64,000 nt of DNA, from NCBI GenBank assembly GCA_902523495.1, contig CABYZU010000003.1:1036-65035 (forward strand), written 5' to 3'. Origin of the DNA: an uncultured Pelagibacteraceae bacterium (GTDB lineage: Bacteria > Pseudomonadota > Alphaproteobacteria > Pelagibacterales > Pelagibacteraceae). A program made the translations under genes and the position numbers. Of the stretch, positions 25,956 through 38,721 are shown piece by piece. Under the pieces are notes generated by a model that ran no database searches, was not told the DNA's origin, and worked only from the letters and a program-made list of their open reading frames with translations. Every line of letters begins with the position of its first letter. Position 1 is the first letter of the stretch.

Positions 25956-25998
25956 GATAATTTTAACTGAATAAAATCTCACAAATATTAGATTTTGT

Positions 25999-26024
25999 AG
26001 GGGCGTTCTGTTGCCAGGTGCCCC
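25999..26024. repeat. Proximal att core within the tmRNA 3' end
   Basis: Identical to 24381-24406. Confidence 0.93.
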
Positions 26025-26259
26025 AGACCCCGTTTACTTAATTAACAAAGTTAATTAAGCAGCAAGTGCGTAACTTTCGTTAGCAATTATAAATTAGCCC
26101 TTTTCGGAGGAACAATTCCGAACGAAAGAATAGCCTTTAGTCACTCGTCGAATCTAGTTCACCCCCATAAGTTGTAAATGGTGGAGGTGGTGGGTACTGC
26201 CCCCACGTCCGCAATGGTTATTACGAAATTCGTTTATCGTCATAGTTGGAAATCCAACT
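25999..26259 (-). ncRNA. ssrA: Circularly permuted two-piece tmRNA
   Basis: Acceptor piece with T-arm gtggg-GGCAGTA-cccac ending CACCTCCACCA at 26179; 12-nt spacer; coding piece starts GGGGGTG at 26166 (G3.U alanine identity pair); tag ORF ANESYALAA* at 26084-26055; outer ends approximate. Confidence 0.95.
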
Positions 26260-26300
26260 TTATTAATATAAAAGGAATTGCAAGAGATTCAATAACATTC

Positions 26301-27248
26301 ATGAAATTAACTAAAGAACAACAAGCAGATATAAAAAATCAACAATTACAAAGCAATTCAACAAAAAGGGTAACTTCTCCTGAATTAGAAAAAATTCTTT
26401 ATGAGGCTTTGCCTGCTCTTGACCATGGTTTTGTGAGAGTCGTTGATTATATGGGAGATGATACTTCAATTGTTCAGTCAGCAAGAGTGTCGTACGGCAA
26501 AGGTACCAAAAAAGTTTCTACAGATGCAGGTTTAATTAAATATTTAATGCGACATTGGCATAGTACGCCATTCGAGATGTGTGAAATTAAATATCATATT
26601 AAACTACCAATTTTTATTGCTCGTCAATGGATTAGACATAGGACTGCAAATGTAAATGAGTATTCTGCAAGGTATTCAATATTAGACAAAGAATTCTATT
26701 TACCGACAAAAGAAAATCTTGCTGCTCAATCAACATCCAATAGACAAGGCAGAGGAGATGTTTTGGAAGGTGTTCAGGCAAACGAAGTTTTAGAACTTTT
26801 AAAAAATGATGCTGAGAGAACTTATGCAAATTATGAAACAATGCTTAATGAAAAATATGACGGATCTACTATCGATGAGGATAAAAAAGGCTTGGCAAGA
26901 GAACTTGCAAGAATGAACTTGACATTGAATACTTATACTCAATGGTATTGGAAAACAGATCTTTTAAACCTTATGAATTTTTTAAGATTAAGAGCGGATC
27001 ATCATGCACAATACGAGATTAGAGTTTATGCAGATATTATGTTAGACACATTAAAAAAATGGGTTCCAATAACCTATGATGCTTTTATGGATTACAGAGT
27101 AGGCGGAACAGAAGTGTCGGCTAAGGGAAAAATAATCATTCAAAATTTGGCTAAAGGAAAAAAAATCTCTTTAGAAGACTCAGGTTTATCTAAACGAGAA
27201 TGGAATGAATTAATGGAAGCCTTTGATCTTAAAGATAGGTTGATTTAA
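26301..27248 (+). CDS. thyX: FAD-dependent thymidylate synthase
   Basis: HSTPFE, RQWIRHR, NEYSARY, HAQYEIR; true start at 26301 because the longer ORF start overlaps the tmRNA. Confidence 0.95.
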   Translation: MKLTKEQQADIKNQQLQSNSTKRVTSPELEKILYEALPALDHGFVRVVDYMGDDTSIVQSARVSYGKGTKKVSTDAGLIKYLMRHWHSTPFEMCEIKYHIKLPIFIARQWIRHRTANVNEYSARYSILDKEFYLPTKENLAAQSTSNRQGRGDVLEGVQANEVLELLKNDAERTYANYETMLNEKYDGSTIDEDKKGLARELARMNLTLNTYTQWYWKTDLLNLMNFLRLRADHHAQYEIRVYADIMLDTLKKWVPITYDAFMDYRVGGTEVSAKGKIIIQNLAKGKKISLEDSGLSKREWNELMEAFDLKDRLI

Positions 27249-28053
27249 TTATCTTAGCAAAATCTAAATATATTTTAGAAATCTCGTGATTAACATCTGA
27301 CTCTACTATTGGCTTTCCCTCATCTCCATATCTTCCAACTTCAGAGTTAATAGGAATTTCACCTAAAAATCTTTTTTCAAATTCTTCTGAAGTTTTTTTG
27401 ACACCACCTTCACCAAAAATCTTGTATTTTTTACCATCATCTCCAATAAAAAAACTCATATTATCGACCAAACCTAAAATTTTTACTCCTAGCTTATCAA
27501 ACATTTTTATGCCTCTTATAACATCTAGTAAAGCAACCTCTTGGGGTGTTGAAACTATAATCGCACCATCTATTTTGATTTCTTGAGAAAAAGTCAATTG
27601 TGTGTCTCCAGTCCCTGGAGGCATATCCACAACAATAAAATCTAGATCTTTCCAATTTACTTTTTGAGTAAAAGTTTTAATTGCACTAGTTACCATAGGT
27701 CCTCGCCAAATCATAGGAGTTTGTTGGTCAGTAAGAAAACCAATAGACATGCACTGAACGTCATACTTAATTATGGGCTCTAATTTCTGTCCATCACTTT
27801 TTGGTTTATCATTAATTCCTAACATTTTGGGGACGGATGGTCCGTAAATGTCTGCATCGAGTAAACCAACTTTACATCCAATTTTTTTAAGTGCTAAAGC
27901 TAAGTTTGTTGCAAAAGTAGATTTTCCAACACCCCCCTTTGCACTAGAAATAGCAATAGTGAACTTAGTGCCTTGTATTGGATTTTTTTCAGGCTTTTTT
28001 CTTCTCAATTGAGCTTTCATTGCGTCACTTAATTCTGGTTTTTCCTTTGGCAT
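27229..28053 (-). CDS. mrp: Mrp/ApbC/NBP35 Fe-S carrier ATPase
   Basis: [32 protein letters not shown]. Confidence 0.93.
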   Translation of the reverse strand: MPKEKPELSDAMKAQLRRKKPEKNPIQGTKFTIAISSAKGGVGKSTFATNLALALKKIGCKVGLLDADIYGPSVPKMLGINDKPKSDGQKLEPIIKYDVQCMSIGFLTDQQTPMIWRGPMVTSAIKTFTQKVNWKDLDFIVVDMPPGTGDTQLTFSQEIKIDGAIIVSTPQEVALLDVIRGIKMFDKLGVKILGLVDNMSFFIGDDGKKYKIFGEGGVKKTSEEFEKRFLGEIPINSEVGRYGDEGKPIVESDVNHEISKIYLDFAKIIKSTYL

Positions 28054-28104
28054 ATTTAGATCTTAACTTGTTTTTCCGTATAAAGACATTATATAGATTG
28101 CCAT

Positions 28105-29220
28105 ATGTCTGACTATTTTAAACAAAGTGGAGGAAGTCCGTGGGGAACACCCCCCGGGGGCGGAAGCGGTGGTGGAAGTGGAAATGGATCTGGTAGAGGG
28201 CCTAGGCCGCCAGATATAGATAAAATCATTAAAGAATTTCAGGAAAAAATAAAAAGATTTTTGCCTGGAGGCAGCTCTTCAGGCGGTAAACAGGCATTAC
28301 TAGTTTTAATTATTTTAGGTTTTGTGTGGTTAGCAAGTGGACTTTATAGAGTTTTACCTGACGAACAAGGTGTAGTGTTAAGATTTGGAAAATTTGTAAA
28401 AACAACTCAACCAGGTTTGAATTACCATATTCCTTTCCCAGTAGAAACTGTTCTTACTCCAAAAGTTACGAAAGTTAATCGAATTGATATAGGATTTAGA
28501 TCTGAAAGAGACAGTGGTTTTACATCTTCGGGTGGGGTAGCTGATGTACCACAAGAAAGCTTGATGTTAACTGGTGATGAAAATATTGTTAATATTGATT
28601 TCTCTGTTTTTTGGGTCATCAAAGATGCGGGAAATTTCTTGTTTAAAATTCAAGATCCTGAGGGCACGGTTAAAGCTGCTGCAGAAACTGCAATGAGAGA
28701 AGTAATTGCGAGATCCGATATACAACCAATTTTGACTGAGGGAAGATCACTTATAGAAACTGATACACAACAGATTATCCAAAAAATTTTAGACGAATAT
28801 ACAAGTGGTATTCAAATAACACAGGTACAAACACAAAAAGCAGACCCACCAGATCAAGTAATTGATGCATTTAGAGATGTACAAGCTGCTAGAGCTGACA
28901 TGGAAAGATCAAAAAATGAGGCTGAAGCTTATGCTAATGATGTTATCCCAAGAGCTCGTGGAGAAGCAGAAAAAATCCTTCAAGCTGCAGAGGCGTATAA
29001 AAAGGAAGTTGTTGCAAAAGCAGAGGGTGAGGCAAGTAGATTTTTAGCAATTTACAATGAGTATAAAATGGCAAAATCAGTAACACAAGAAAGAATGTAT
29101 TTAGAGACAATGGAAAAAGTTTTAGCTGATATAGACAAAGTTATTATTGAAAAAAACGCAGGCTCAGGTGTAGTTCCATATTTACCTTTACCTGAATTAA
29201 AAAAGAAAGCGGTTAATTAA
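28105..29220 (+). CDS. hflK: FtsH protease modulator HflK
   Basis: Gly-rich N-terminus with PWG and PPD, SPFH domain, RMYLETME. Confidence 0.96.
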   Translation: MSDYFKQSGGSPWGTPPGGGSGGGSGNGSGRGPRPPDIDKIIKEFQEKIKRFLPGGSSSGGKQALLVLIILGFVWLASGLYRVLPDEQGVVLRFGKFVKTTQPGLNYHIPFPVETVLTPKVTKVNRIDIGFRSERDSGFTSSGGVADVPQESLMLTGDENIVNIDFSVFWVIKDAGNFLFKIQDPEGTVKAAAETAMREVIARSDIQPILTEGRSLIETDTQQIIQKILDEYTSGIQITQVQTQKADPPDQVIDAFRDVQAARADMERSKNEAEAYANDVIPRARGEAEKILQAAEAYKKEVVAKAEGEASRFLAIYNEYKMAKSVTQERMYLETMEKVLADIDKVIIEKNAGSGVVPYLPLPELKKKAVN

Positions 29221-29221
29221 A

Positions 29222-30091
29222 ATGAACATGGGTAAAGTTATTGCAGGTGTCTTAGTTGCTTTGTCAGCTATCGCATTCTTTTCGATTTTTATAGTTAAAG
29301 AAGTTAATCAAGCTATTGTGCTACAATTTGGTGATCCTAAAAGAATAATTTCAAAACCTGGTTTGAATTTTAAAATTCCATTTATTCAAAATGTAGTTTT
29401 TTTAGATAAAAGAATTTTAAACCTTGATACACCTCCAGAAGAAGTTATTGCTTCAGATCAGAAAAGATTGATTGTAGACGCTTTTGCAAGATTTCAAATA
29501 ATCGATCCATTAAAATTTTACATATCAGTTGGAAATGAAAGAGTTGCAAGATCAAGACTTGCAACAATTATAAATTCAAGAATAAGAAATGTTTTAGGTC
29601 AACAAGAATTACAAACTCTACTATCAGAGGATAGGACTAAGCAAATGTCTTTAATACAAGAGGGTGTAAACAATGAGGCAGAAAATTTTGGAATTAAAAT
29701 TAATGACGTTAGAATTAAAAGAGCTGACCTTCCTCAAGCGAACAGTGACGCGATTTTTAGAAGGATGCAAACTGAAAGGGAGAGAGAAGCAAAAGAATTT
29801 AGAGCAAGGGGTGCTGAGATGGCAGTTACTATTACTTCAACAGCAGATAAAGAAGTGACTGTAATATTAGCAGAGGCTCAAAAAAAATCAGAGATTATGA
29901 AAGGAGAGGGAGACGGGAAAAGAAATAATATCTTTGCTGGCGCGTTTGGTCAAGATCCTGAGTTCTTTGCATTTTACAGAGCGATGCAAGCTTACGAAAA
30001 AGCATTAATTGGAGGAGAAACATCTCTTATTTTATCTCCAGATAGTGAGTTTTTTAAATTCTTTGGAAATATAAAACCACAAACTGAATAA
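29222..30091 (+). CDS. hflC: FtsH protease modulator HflC
   Basis: SPFH domain, DVRIKRADLP, DPEFFAFYR, PDSEFFKFF. Confidence 0.96.
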   Translation: MNMGKVIAGVLVALSAIAFFSIFIVKEVNQAIVLQFGDPKRIISKPGLNFKIPFIQNVVFLDKRILNLDTPPEEVIASDQKRLIVDAFARFQIIDPLKFYISVGNERVARSRLATIINSRIRNVLGQQELQTLLSEDRTKQMSLIQEGVNNEAENFGIKINDVRIKRADLPQANSDAIFRRMQTEREREAKEFRARGAEMAVTITSTADKEVTVILAEAQKKSEIMKGEGDGKRNNIFAGAFGQDPEFFAFYRAMQAYEKALIGGETSLILSPDSEFFKFFGNIKPQTE

Positions 30092-30097
30092 ATCTTC

Positions 30098-30283
30098 ATG
30101 AAAGAATTGATCATTGCTTTTGGTCTTTTCTTATTTGTTGAGGGAATTTTATATGCCTTATTTCCATCAAAAATGAGAAATATGCTTAAAAAGCTTGAAT
30201 TAATCAAAGACAGTCAGTTGCGAACTGGTGGATTAGTTTTTGCATTAATAGGGTTTGTGATTATTTATTACGCAAAAAATTAA
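30098..30283 (+). CDS. DUF2065 family small membrane protein
   Basis: GLFLFVEGILYALFP..LRTGGL; usual position after hflC. Confidence 0.85.
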   Translation: MKELIIAFGLFLFVEGILYALFPSKMRNMLKKLELIKDSQLRTGGLVFALIGFVIIYYAKN

Positions 30284-30284
30284 A

Positions 30285-31697
30285 ATGAGCAAAATTAAAA
30301 CTACTCTTATTTCACTAATACTAATATTCAATTTTTCAACTTTATCAAATTCTCAAAACATTCCTAATTCATTCGCTGATCTGGCAGAGAAATTAATACC
30401 ATCTGTGGTAAATATTTCTACGACTCAAACTGTTGTTACTAGAAGCAATCCTTTTCCAAATTTTCAATTTCCTCCGGGCTCACCATTTGAAGATATGTTC
30501 AAAGAATTCGGAACACCGCAAGAAAGGCAATCTTCAGCATTGGGTTCAGGATTTATCATAGATGAAAAGGGGATAGTTGTTACCAATAATCATGTAATTG
30601 AAGGTGCTGAGGATATAGTAGTTCAAGTTAATGGTGAAAAGAAATTTAATGCTAAAGTTATTGGCGCTGATCCGCTTTCAGATATTGCGATATTAAAAAT
30701 AGATTCTAGAGAGTCTTTTCTACCTGTAAAATTTGGAGATTCAGATAAAGCAAGAATAGGTGATTGGGTAATGGCTATTGGTAATCCATTTGGGTTAGGC
30801 GGGACTGTAACTTCAGGAATAATTTCTGCAAGAAATCGATCAATTGGATTATCCAGATATGAAGATTATATTCAAACTGACGCATCAATTAATTCTGGAA
30901 ATTCAGGAGGTCCTTTATTTGATATGAATGGTGATGTAATTGGAATTAATACTGCCATTCTTGGTAGAAGTGGGAATGTGGGAATTGGTTTTTCAATACC
31001 ATCGAATAGTGCAAAAATTGTAATTGATCAGTTGATTAAGTTTGGTGAAACAAAAAGAGGATGGCTTGGAGTAAGAATTCAAGACGTGACAAAAGAGATA
31101 GCAGAGGTAGAAAATTTAGATGAACCCAGAGGAGCTTTAGTAGCAAGCGTTGCACCAAATAGTCCATCAGAAAAAGCTGGAGTCAAAAGTGGCGATATTA
31201 TTTTAGAATTCAATGGTGAAAAAATTGGGCAAATGAAAGAACTTCCTATAATTGTTGCAAGAACTGAGGTTGGTAAAATAGTAAAAGTAAAGATTTGGAG
31301 AAATAAAAAAGAAATTACTAAAACAATTACACTTGGAAGATTAGAAACCTCAGAAGATTTTAAAATTACAAAAAAGAAAGAGGTAAAACCCGAAGAAACT
31401 ATAATTGAAAATTTAAAGATTAAAGTTAGAAAACTTTCTGATCAAGATATTAAGTCTAGAAAATTACCTAATCAAACAAATGGATTAGTAATTACTAGTG
31501 TTGAAAAAGACAGTCCCTTAATTGGTTCTATAGAAATAAATAGTATAATTTTAGAGGCTCAAAAGAAAAAGATTAGGGTGGCAGAAGATTTAAATCAAAT
31601 TCTTAAACAGGTTTTAAAAAGTAATCAAAAAACTATTTTGCTTGTTATTTATAACAGCCAAAATCAAAAAAGATATATTGGTATCAAGTTAGATTAA
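30285..31697 (+). CDS. degP: DegP/HtrA (Do) periplasmic serine protease
   Basis: Signal peptide, LGSGFI, TNNHV, INSGNSGGPL, two PDZ domains. Confidence 0.92.
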   Translation: MSKIKTTLISLILIFNFSTLSNSQNIPNSFADLAEKLIPSVVNISTTQTVVTRSNPFPNFQFPPGSPFEDMFKEFGTPQERQSSALGSGFIIDEKGIVVTNNHVIEGAEDIVVQVNGEKKFNAKVIGADPLSDIAILKIDSRESFLPVKFGDSDKARIGDWVMAIGNPFGLGGTVTSGIISARNRSIGLSRYEDYIQTDASINSGNSGGPLFDMNGDVIGINTAILGRSGNVGIGFSIPSNSAKIVIDQLIKFGETKRGWLGVRIQDVTKEIAEVENLDEPRGALVASVAPNSPSEKAGVKSGDIILEFNGEKIGQMKELPIIVARTEVGKIVKVKIWRNKKEITKTITLGRLETSEDFKITKKKEVKPEETIIENLKIKVRKLSDQDIKSRKLPNQTNGLVITSVEKDSPLIGSIEINSIILEAQKKKIRVAEDLNQILKQVLKSNQKTILLVIYNSQNQKRYIGIKLD

Positions 31698-31700
31698 TAC

Positions 31701-32609
31701 ATGGATTTGAAATCCAAAATTATTTTAATTTATGGATCTACTGCATCTGGAAAATCTAAATTTGCTGTAAGATTAGCAAAAAAAATTTCAGGTCAAATTA
31801 TAAATGCTGATAGTATGCAAGTTTACAAAGAGTTAAGGATTTTAACAGCAAGACCTCTTCAAAAAGATAAACAAAAGATAAAACATCATTTATATGGTTT
31901 TCAAAGTGCTAAAAAAAACTTTTCCACTGGCGATTGGCTTAAACTAGCGAATCAAAAAATTTTACATTGTAAAAAAATTAAAAAAACACCTATCTTGGTT
32001 GGTGGTACAGGACTATATTTTAAAGCCTTAACTGACGGATTAGTAAATATTCCAAAAATACCTATTAACTTTAGAAATAAGGTAAGAAATTTACATCAAA
32101 GAATTGGACAAAAAAAATTTTTTTCTAGATTATTAAAAATTGATCCGTTAGTAAAAGATCGACTAAACTCCTTAGATGTTCAAAGATCCTTGAGAGCGTA
32201 TGAGATAAAATCATTTACAAAAAAGTCTATGATTAATTGGTTCAAAAATACAAAATCGAATTATGCTCGAGGTGATTTTTTCAAAATTTATATTGATTTT
32301 CCAAGAAGAGATTTGTTGAATAGAATTAGCATCAGGTCTAACGAGATGATTAAGTCGGGTGCTATAAAAGAGGTTAAAAATTTGGTAAAATTAAGAATTT
32401 CGAAAAATAGAAGTTTAAGCAAAGCCATTGGAGTGAGCGAGATAAAGCAATATCTCCAAAAAAAAATTCAAATTGATCAATTAATTGAAAAAATATCAAT
32501 AAAGACAAGGCAATACGCCAAAAGACAGAACACCTGGGCTAGGGGAAATATGAAAGATTGGAACAAAATCAATCCAGAGGGTTTGAACAAACTTTTAAAA
32601 AATATTTAG
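31701..32609 (+). CDS. miaA: tRNA dimethylallyltransferase
   Basis: TASGKS, NADSMQVY, VGGTGLY, TRQYAKRQ. Confidence 0.96.
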   Translation: MDLKSKIILIYGSTASGKSKFAVRLAKKISGQIINADSMQVYKELRILTARPLQKDKQKIKHHLYGFQSAKKNFSTGDWLKLANQKILHCKKIKKTPILVGGTGLYFKALTDGLVNIPKIPINFRNKVRNLHQRIGQKKFFSRLLKIDPLVKDRLNSLDVQRSLRAYEIKSFTKKSMINWFKNTKSNYARGDFFKIYIDFPRRDLLNRISIRSNEMIKSGAIKEVKNLVKLRISKNRSLSKAIGVSEIKQYLQKKIQIDQLIEKISIKTRQYAKRQNTWARGNMKDWNKINPEGLNKLLKNI

Positions 32610-32626
32610 ATAATCTCCAGTTAGTC

Positions 32627-32656
32627 TTGACCAATAAGCACAACTTCAGCTAGATT
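32627..32656 (+). promoter_or_regulatory. Putative sigma70 promoter of the ilv operon (probably leaderless mRNA)
   Basis: TTGACC-18 nt-TAGATT, 6 nt before the ilvB ATG, no SD. Confidence 0.5.
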
Positions 32657-32662
32657 GGCTGA

Positions 32663-34429
32663 ATGTCTAAATTATATACTGGTGCAAAAATTGTATTTAA
32701 ATGTCTTGAGGATCAAGAAGTTGAATATATTTTTGGCTACCCAGGTGGAGCAGTTTTACCAATCTACGATGAGCTTAAAAACCATCAATCAATTAAGCAT
32801 ATATTAGTTAGGCATGAGCAAGGAGCGGGTCACGCCGCAGAAGGATACGCTAGATCATCAGGCAAGCCTGGTGTTGTCTTAGTAACATCTGGTCCAGGTG
32901 CTACTAACGTTGTCACAGCTTTAACTGATGCATACATGGACTCTGTTCCATTAGTTTGTATTTCTGGTCAAGTGCCAACTCATTTGATTGGAACAGATGC
33001 ATTTCAAGAATGTGATACAACAGGAATTACGAGACCGTGTACGAAACATAATTGGTTAGTTAAAGATATTAAAGATTTATCAAAAGTAATGCATGAAGCT
33101 TTTAAGGTTGCAACAACTGGAAGACCAGGCCCAGTGCTTGTAGATATTCCAAAAGATATTCAATTTGCAAAAGTTAATTATACAAAATTTAAAAAAGAAA
33201 AAAAAATAAATGGAAAATCACATAATAAGTTTTCTCAAAATGAAATTAATCAATTAATTGATTTAATTTCAAAATCAAAGAAACCAGTTGTCTATACAGG
33301 AGGTGGAGTAATAAATTCTGGTCCAGAGGCAAGTGAAACTTTAAAAGAATTTGTGAGATTAATTGGTTTTCCAATTACATCAACTTTACAAGGTTTAGGT
33401 GCTTTCCCAGGAGATGATGACCAATTCATTGGGATGTTAGGTATGCATGGAACTTACGAGGCAAATAATGCAATGCATGATTGTGACTTGTTGATTAATA
33501 TAGGTGCAAGATTTGATGATAGGATAACAGGTAAGATCGATGAGTTTTCACCAAAATCAAAAAAAGTTCACATCGACATTGATCCTTCTTCAATAAATAA
33601 AATAATAAAAGTAGATCTTGCAATAGTTGGGGATGTTAATGAAGTAATTAAATCTGTAATTAAAACAATCAATAAAAAACAAAACGGACTCAAGGACTCA
33701 AATAATCAAAGAATTTCAAAGTGGTGGGAGCAAATCCAAAAATGGAGAACAAAAGACTCTCTAGGATTTATAAATAGTGATAAAGAAATTAAACCCCAAT
33801 ATGCTGTAAAGAGGTTATATGAGTTAACAAAAAATCAAGATACATTTATCACAACTGAAGTAGGTCAACATCAAATGTGGGCTGCACAACATTATAAATT
33901 CAATAAACCGAACAGATGGATGACATCGGGTGGTTTAGGAACTATGGGGTATGGCCTTCCTGCTGCGGTTGGTGTACAAATTGCACATCCAAATAAACTC
34001 GTAATCGATATAGCTGGTGAAGCATCAGTGCTGATGACTATGCAAGAAATGTCAACAGCAGTTCAATATAATTTACCTATCAAAATATTTATTTTAAACA
34101 ATCAATACATGGGAATGGTAAGACAATGGCAAGAGCTTCTTCATGAAAAAAATTATTCAGAGAGCTACACTGAGGCCTTACCAGATTTTGTAAAATTAGC
34201 TGAAGCTTATGGATGTAAAGGTGTAAAAGCTGATAATCCAAATGAATTAGATGATAAGATTCAAGAAATGATCAATTACAAAGGCCCAGTTATATTTGAC
34301 TGTCATGTGGATCCAAATGAAAATTGTTTCCCTATGATACCGTCTGGAAAGCCACATAATCAGATGATTTTAGGTCCAAATGATAAGAAAGAAAATAAGA
34401 TTACTGGCAAAGGGAAATCATTAGTTTAA
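32663..34429 (+). CDS. ilvB: Acetolactate synthase large subunit (IlvB/IlvI)
   Basis: FGYPGGAVL, RHEQGA, TSGPGATN, GQHQMW, SGGLGTMG. Confidence 0.95.
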   Translation: MSKLYTGAKIVFKCLEDQEVEYIFGYPGGAVLPIYDELKNHQSIKHILVRHEQGAGHAAEGYARSSGKPGVVLVTSGPGATNVVTALTDAYMDSVPLVCISGQVPTHLIGTDAFQECDTTGITRPCTKHNWLVKDIKDLSKVMHEAFKVATTGRPGPVLVDIPKDIQFAKVNYTKFKKEKKINGKSHNKFSQNEINQLIDLISKSKKPVVYTGGGVINSGPEASETLKEFVRLIGFPITSTLQGLGAFPGDDDQFIGMLGMHGTYEANNAMHDCDLLINIGARFDDRITGKIDEFSPKSKKVHIDIDPSSINKIIKVDLAIVGDVNEVIKSVIKTINKKQNGLKDSNNQRISKWWEQIQKWRTKDSLGFINSDKEIKPQYAVKRLYELTKNQDTFITTEVGQHQMWAAQHYKFNKPNRWMTSGGLGTMGYGLPAAVGVQIAHPNKLVIDIAGEASVLMTMQEMSTAVQYNLPIKIFILNNQYMGMVRQWQELLHEKNYSESYTEALPDFVKLAEAYGCKGVKADNPNELDDKIQEMINYKGPVIFDCHVDPNENCFPMIPSGKPHNQMILGPNDKKENKITGKGKSLV

Positions 34430-34977
34430 TGTCATCTCCAAAGTCAGCTTATAGTATACCCACTAAAATAGGAAAATTAGATACACACATATTTGTTGTT
34501 TGGGTTGATAATGAAGCTGGAGTTTTAGCAAGAGTAGTTGGATTATTTTCTGGTAGGGGTTATAACATCGAGTCATTAGCTGTTGCTGAAGTTGATGCAA
34601 CAAAAAATATTTCAAGAATAACAATTGTAACGACAGGGACGCCACAAGTTATTGATCAAATTAAATTACAATTAAAAAAGTTGGTCCCTGTCCATAAAGT
34701 TGCAGATTTTAAAAGAGAAGATAAAAAGGTTATTTTTAAAGAGATGGCATTACTTAAAATCGTTGCACAAAAAAAAAAAATAGAAAAGTGTCTTAAAGAG
34801 TGTAAAAAATTTAATCCTGTAATTTTAGACAAAACAAATAAATCAATTGTCGTGCAGATAACTGCTTTAAGAAGAGAAATAGATAAAATGAGTAAAAAAT
34901 TAAAACCCTACGGACTTACAAGCACTTCAAGAACTGGGGCAATTGCTATGACTAGAGGTGCTGAAATATTTAAATAA
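34429..34977 (+). CDS. ilvN: Acetolactate synthase small regulatory subunit (IlvN/IlvH)
   Basis: ACT domain NEAGVLARVVGLFSGRGYNIESL. Confidence 0.95.
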   Translation: MSSPKSAYSIPTKIGKLDTHIFVVWVDNEAGVLARVVGLFSGRGYNIESLAVAEVDATKNISRITIVTTGTPQVIDQIKLQLKKLVPVHKVADFKREDKKVIFKEMALLKIVAQKKKIEKCLKECKKFNPVILDKTNKSIVVQITALRREIDKMSKKLKPYGLTSTSRTGAIAMTRGAEIFK

Positions 34978-36021
<1,044 letters not shown>

Positions 36022-36103
36022 AATTTAGTTCCAAATTGGGTTAAAATCGCTATTTTATTTTGCAATCTAAACGATAGGTTGTATATTTTGCATTAAAAAT
36101 TTT

Positions 36104-38716
<2,613 letters not shown>

Positions 38717-38721
38717 GAAAG

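Larger units (their letters stand above)
24381..26024. mobile_element. Non-autonomous mini integrative element (one cargo gene, no integrase) inserted at the 3' end of the tmRNA gene
   Basis: Bounded by identical 26-bp direct repeats of the tmRNA 3' hairpin; paired TGTGCCA motifs inside each end; single 473-aa cargo ORF. Confidence 0.78.

Noticed and set aside
24381-26024. Reading the repeats as a CRISPR array, IS element or group I intron
   Set aside because: There are only two copies 1.6 kb apart with no spacers or cas genes, no terminal inverted repeats or transposase motifs, and the ORF lies downstream of an intact tmRNA rather than inside it.
26178-26300. 41-aa N-terminal extension of thyX in the ORF track ([11 protein letters not shown]...)
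   Set aside because: It is the antisense of the tmRNA acceptor piece and its promoter; the plausible start is the ATG at 26301.
36022-36103. Possible Leu-rich leader peptide or attenuator upstream of leuA
   Set aside because: No short Leu-codon ORF or terminator hairpin is visible in the 82-bp gap.
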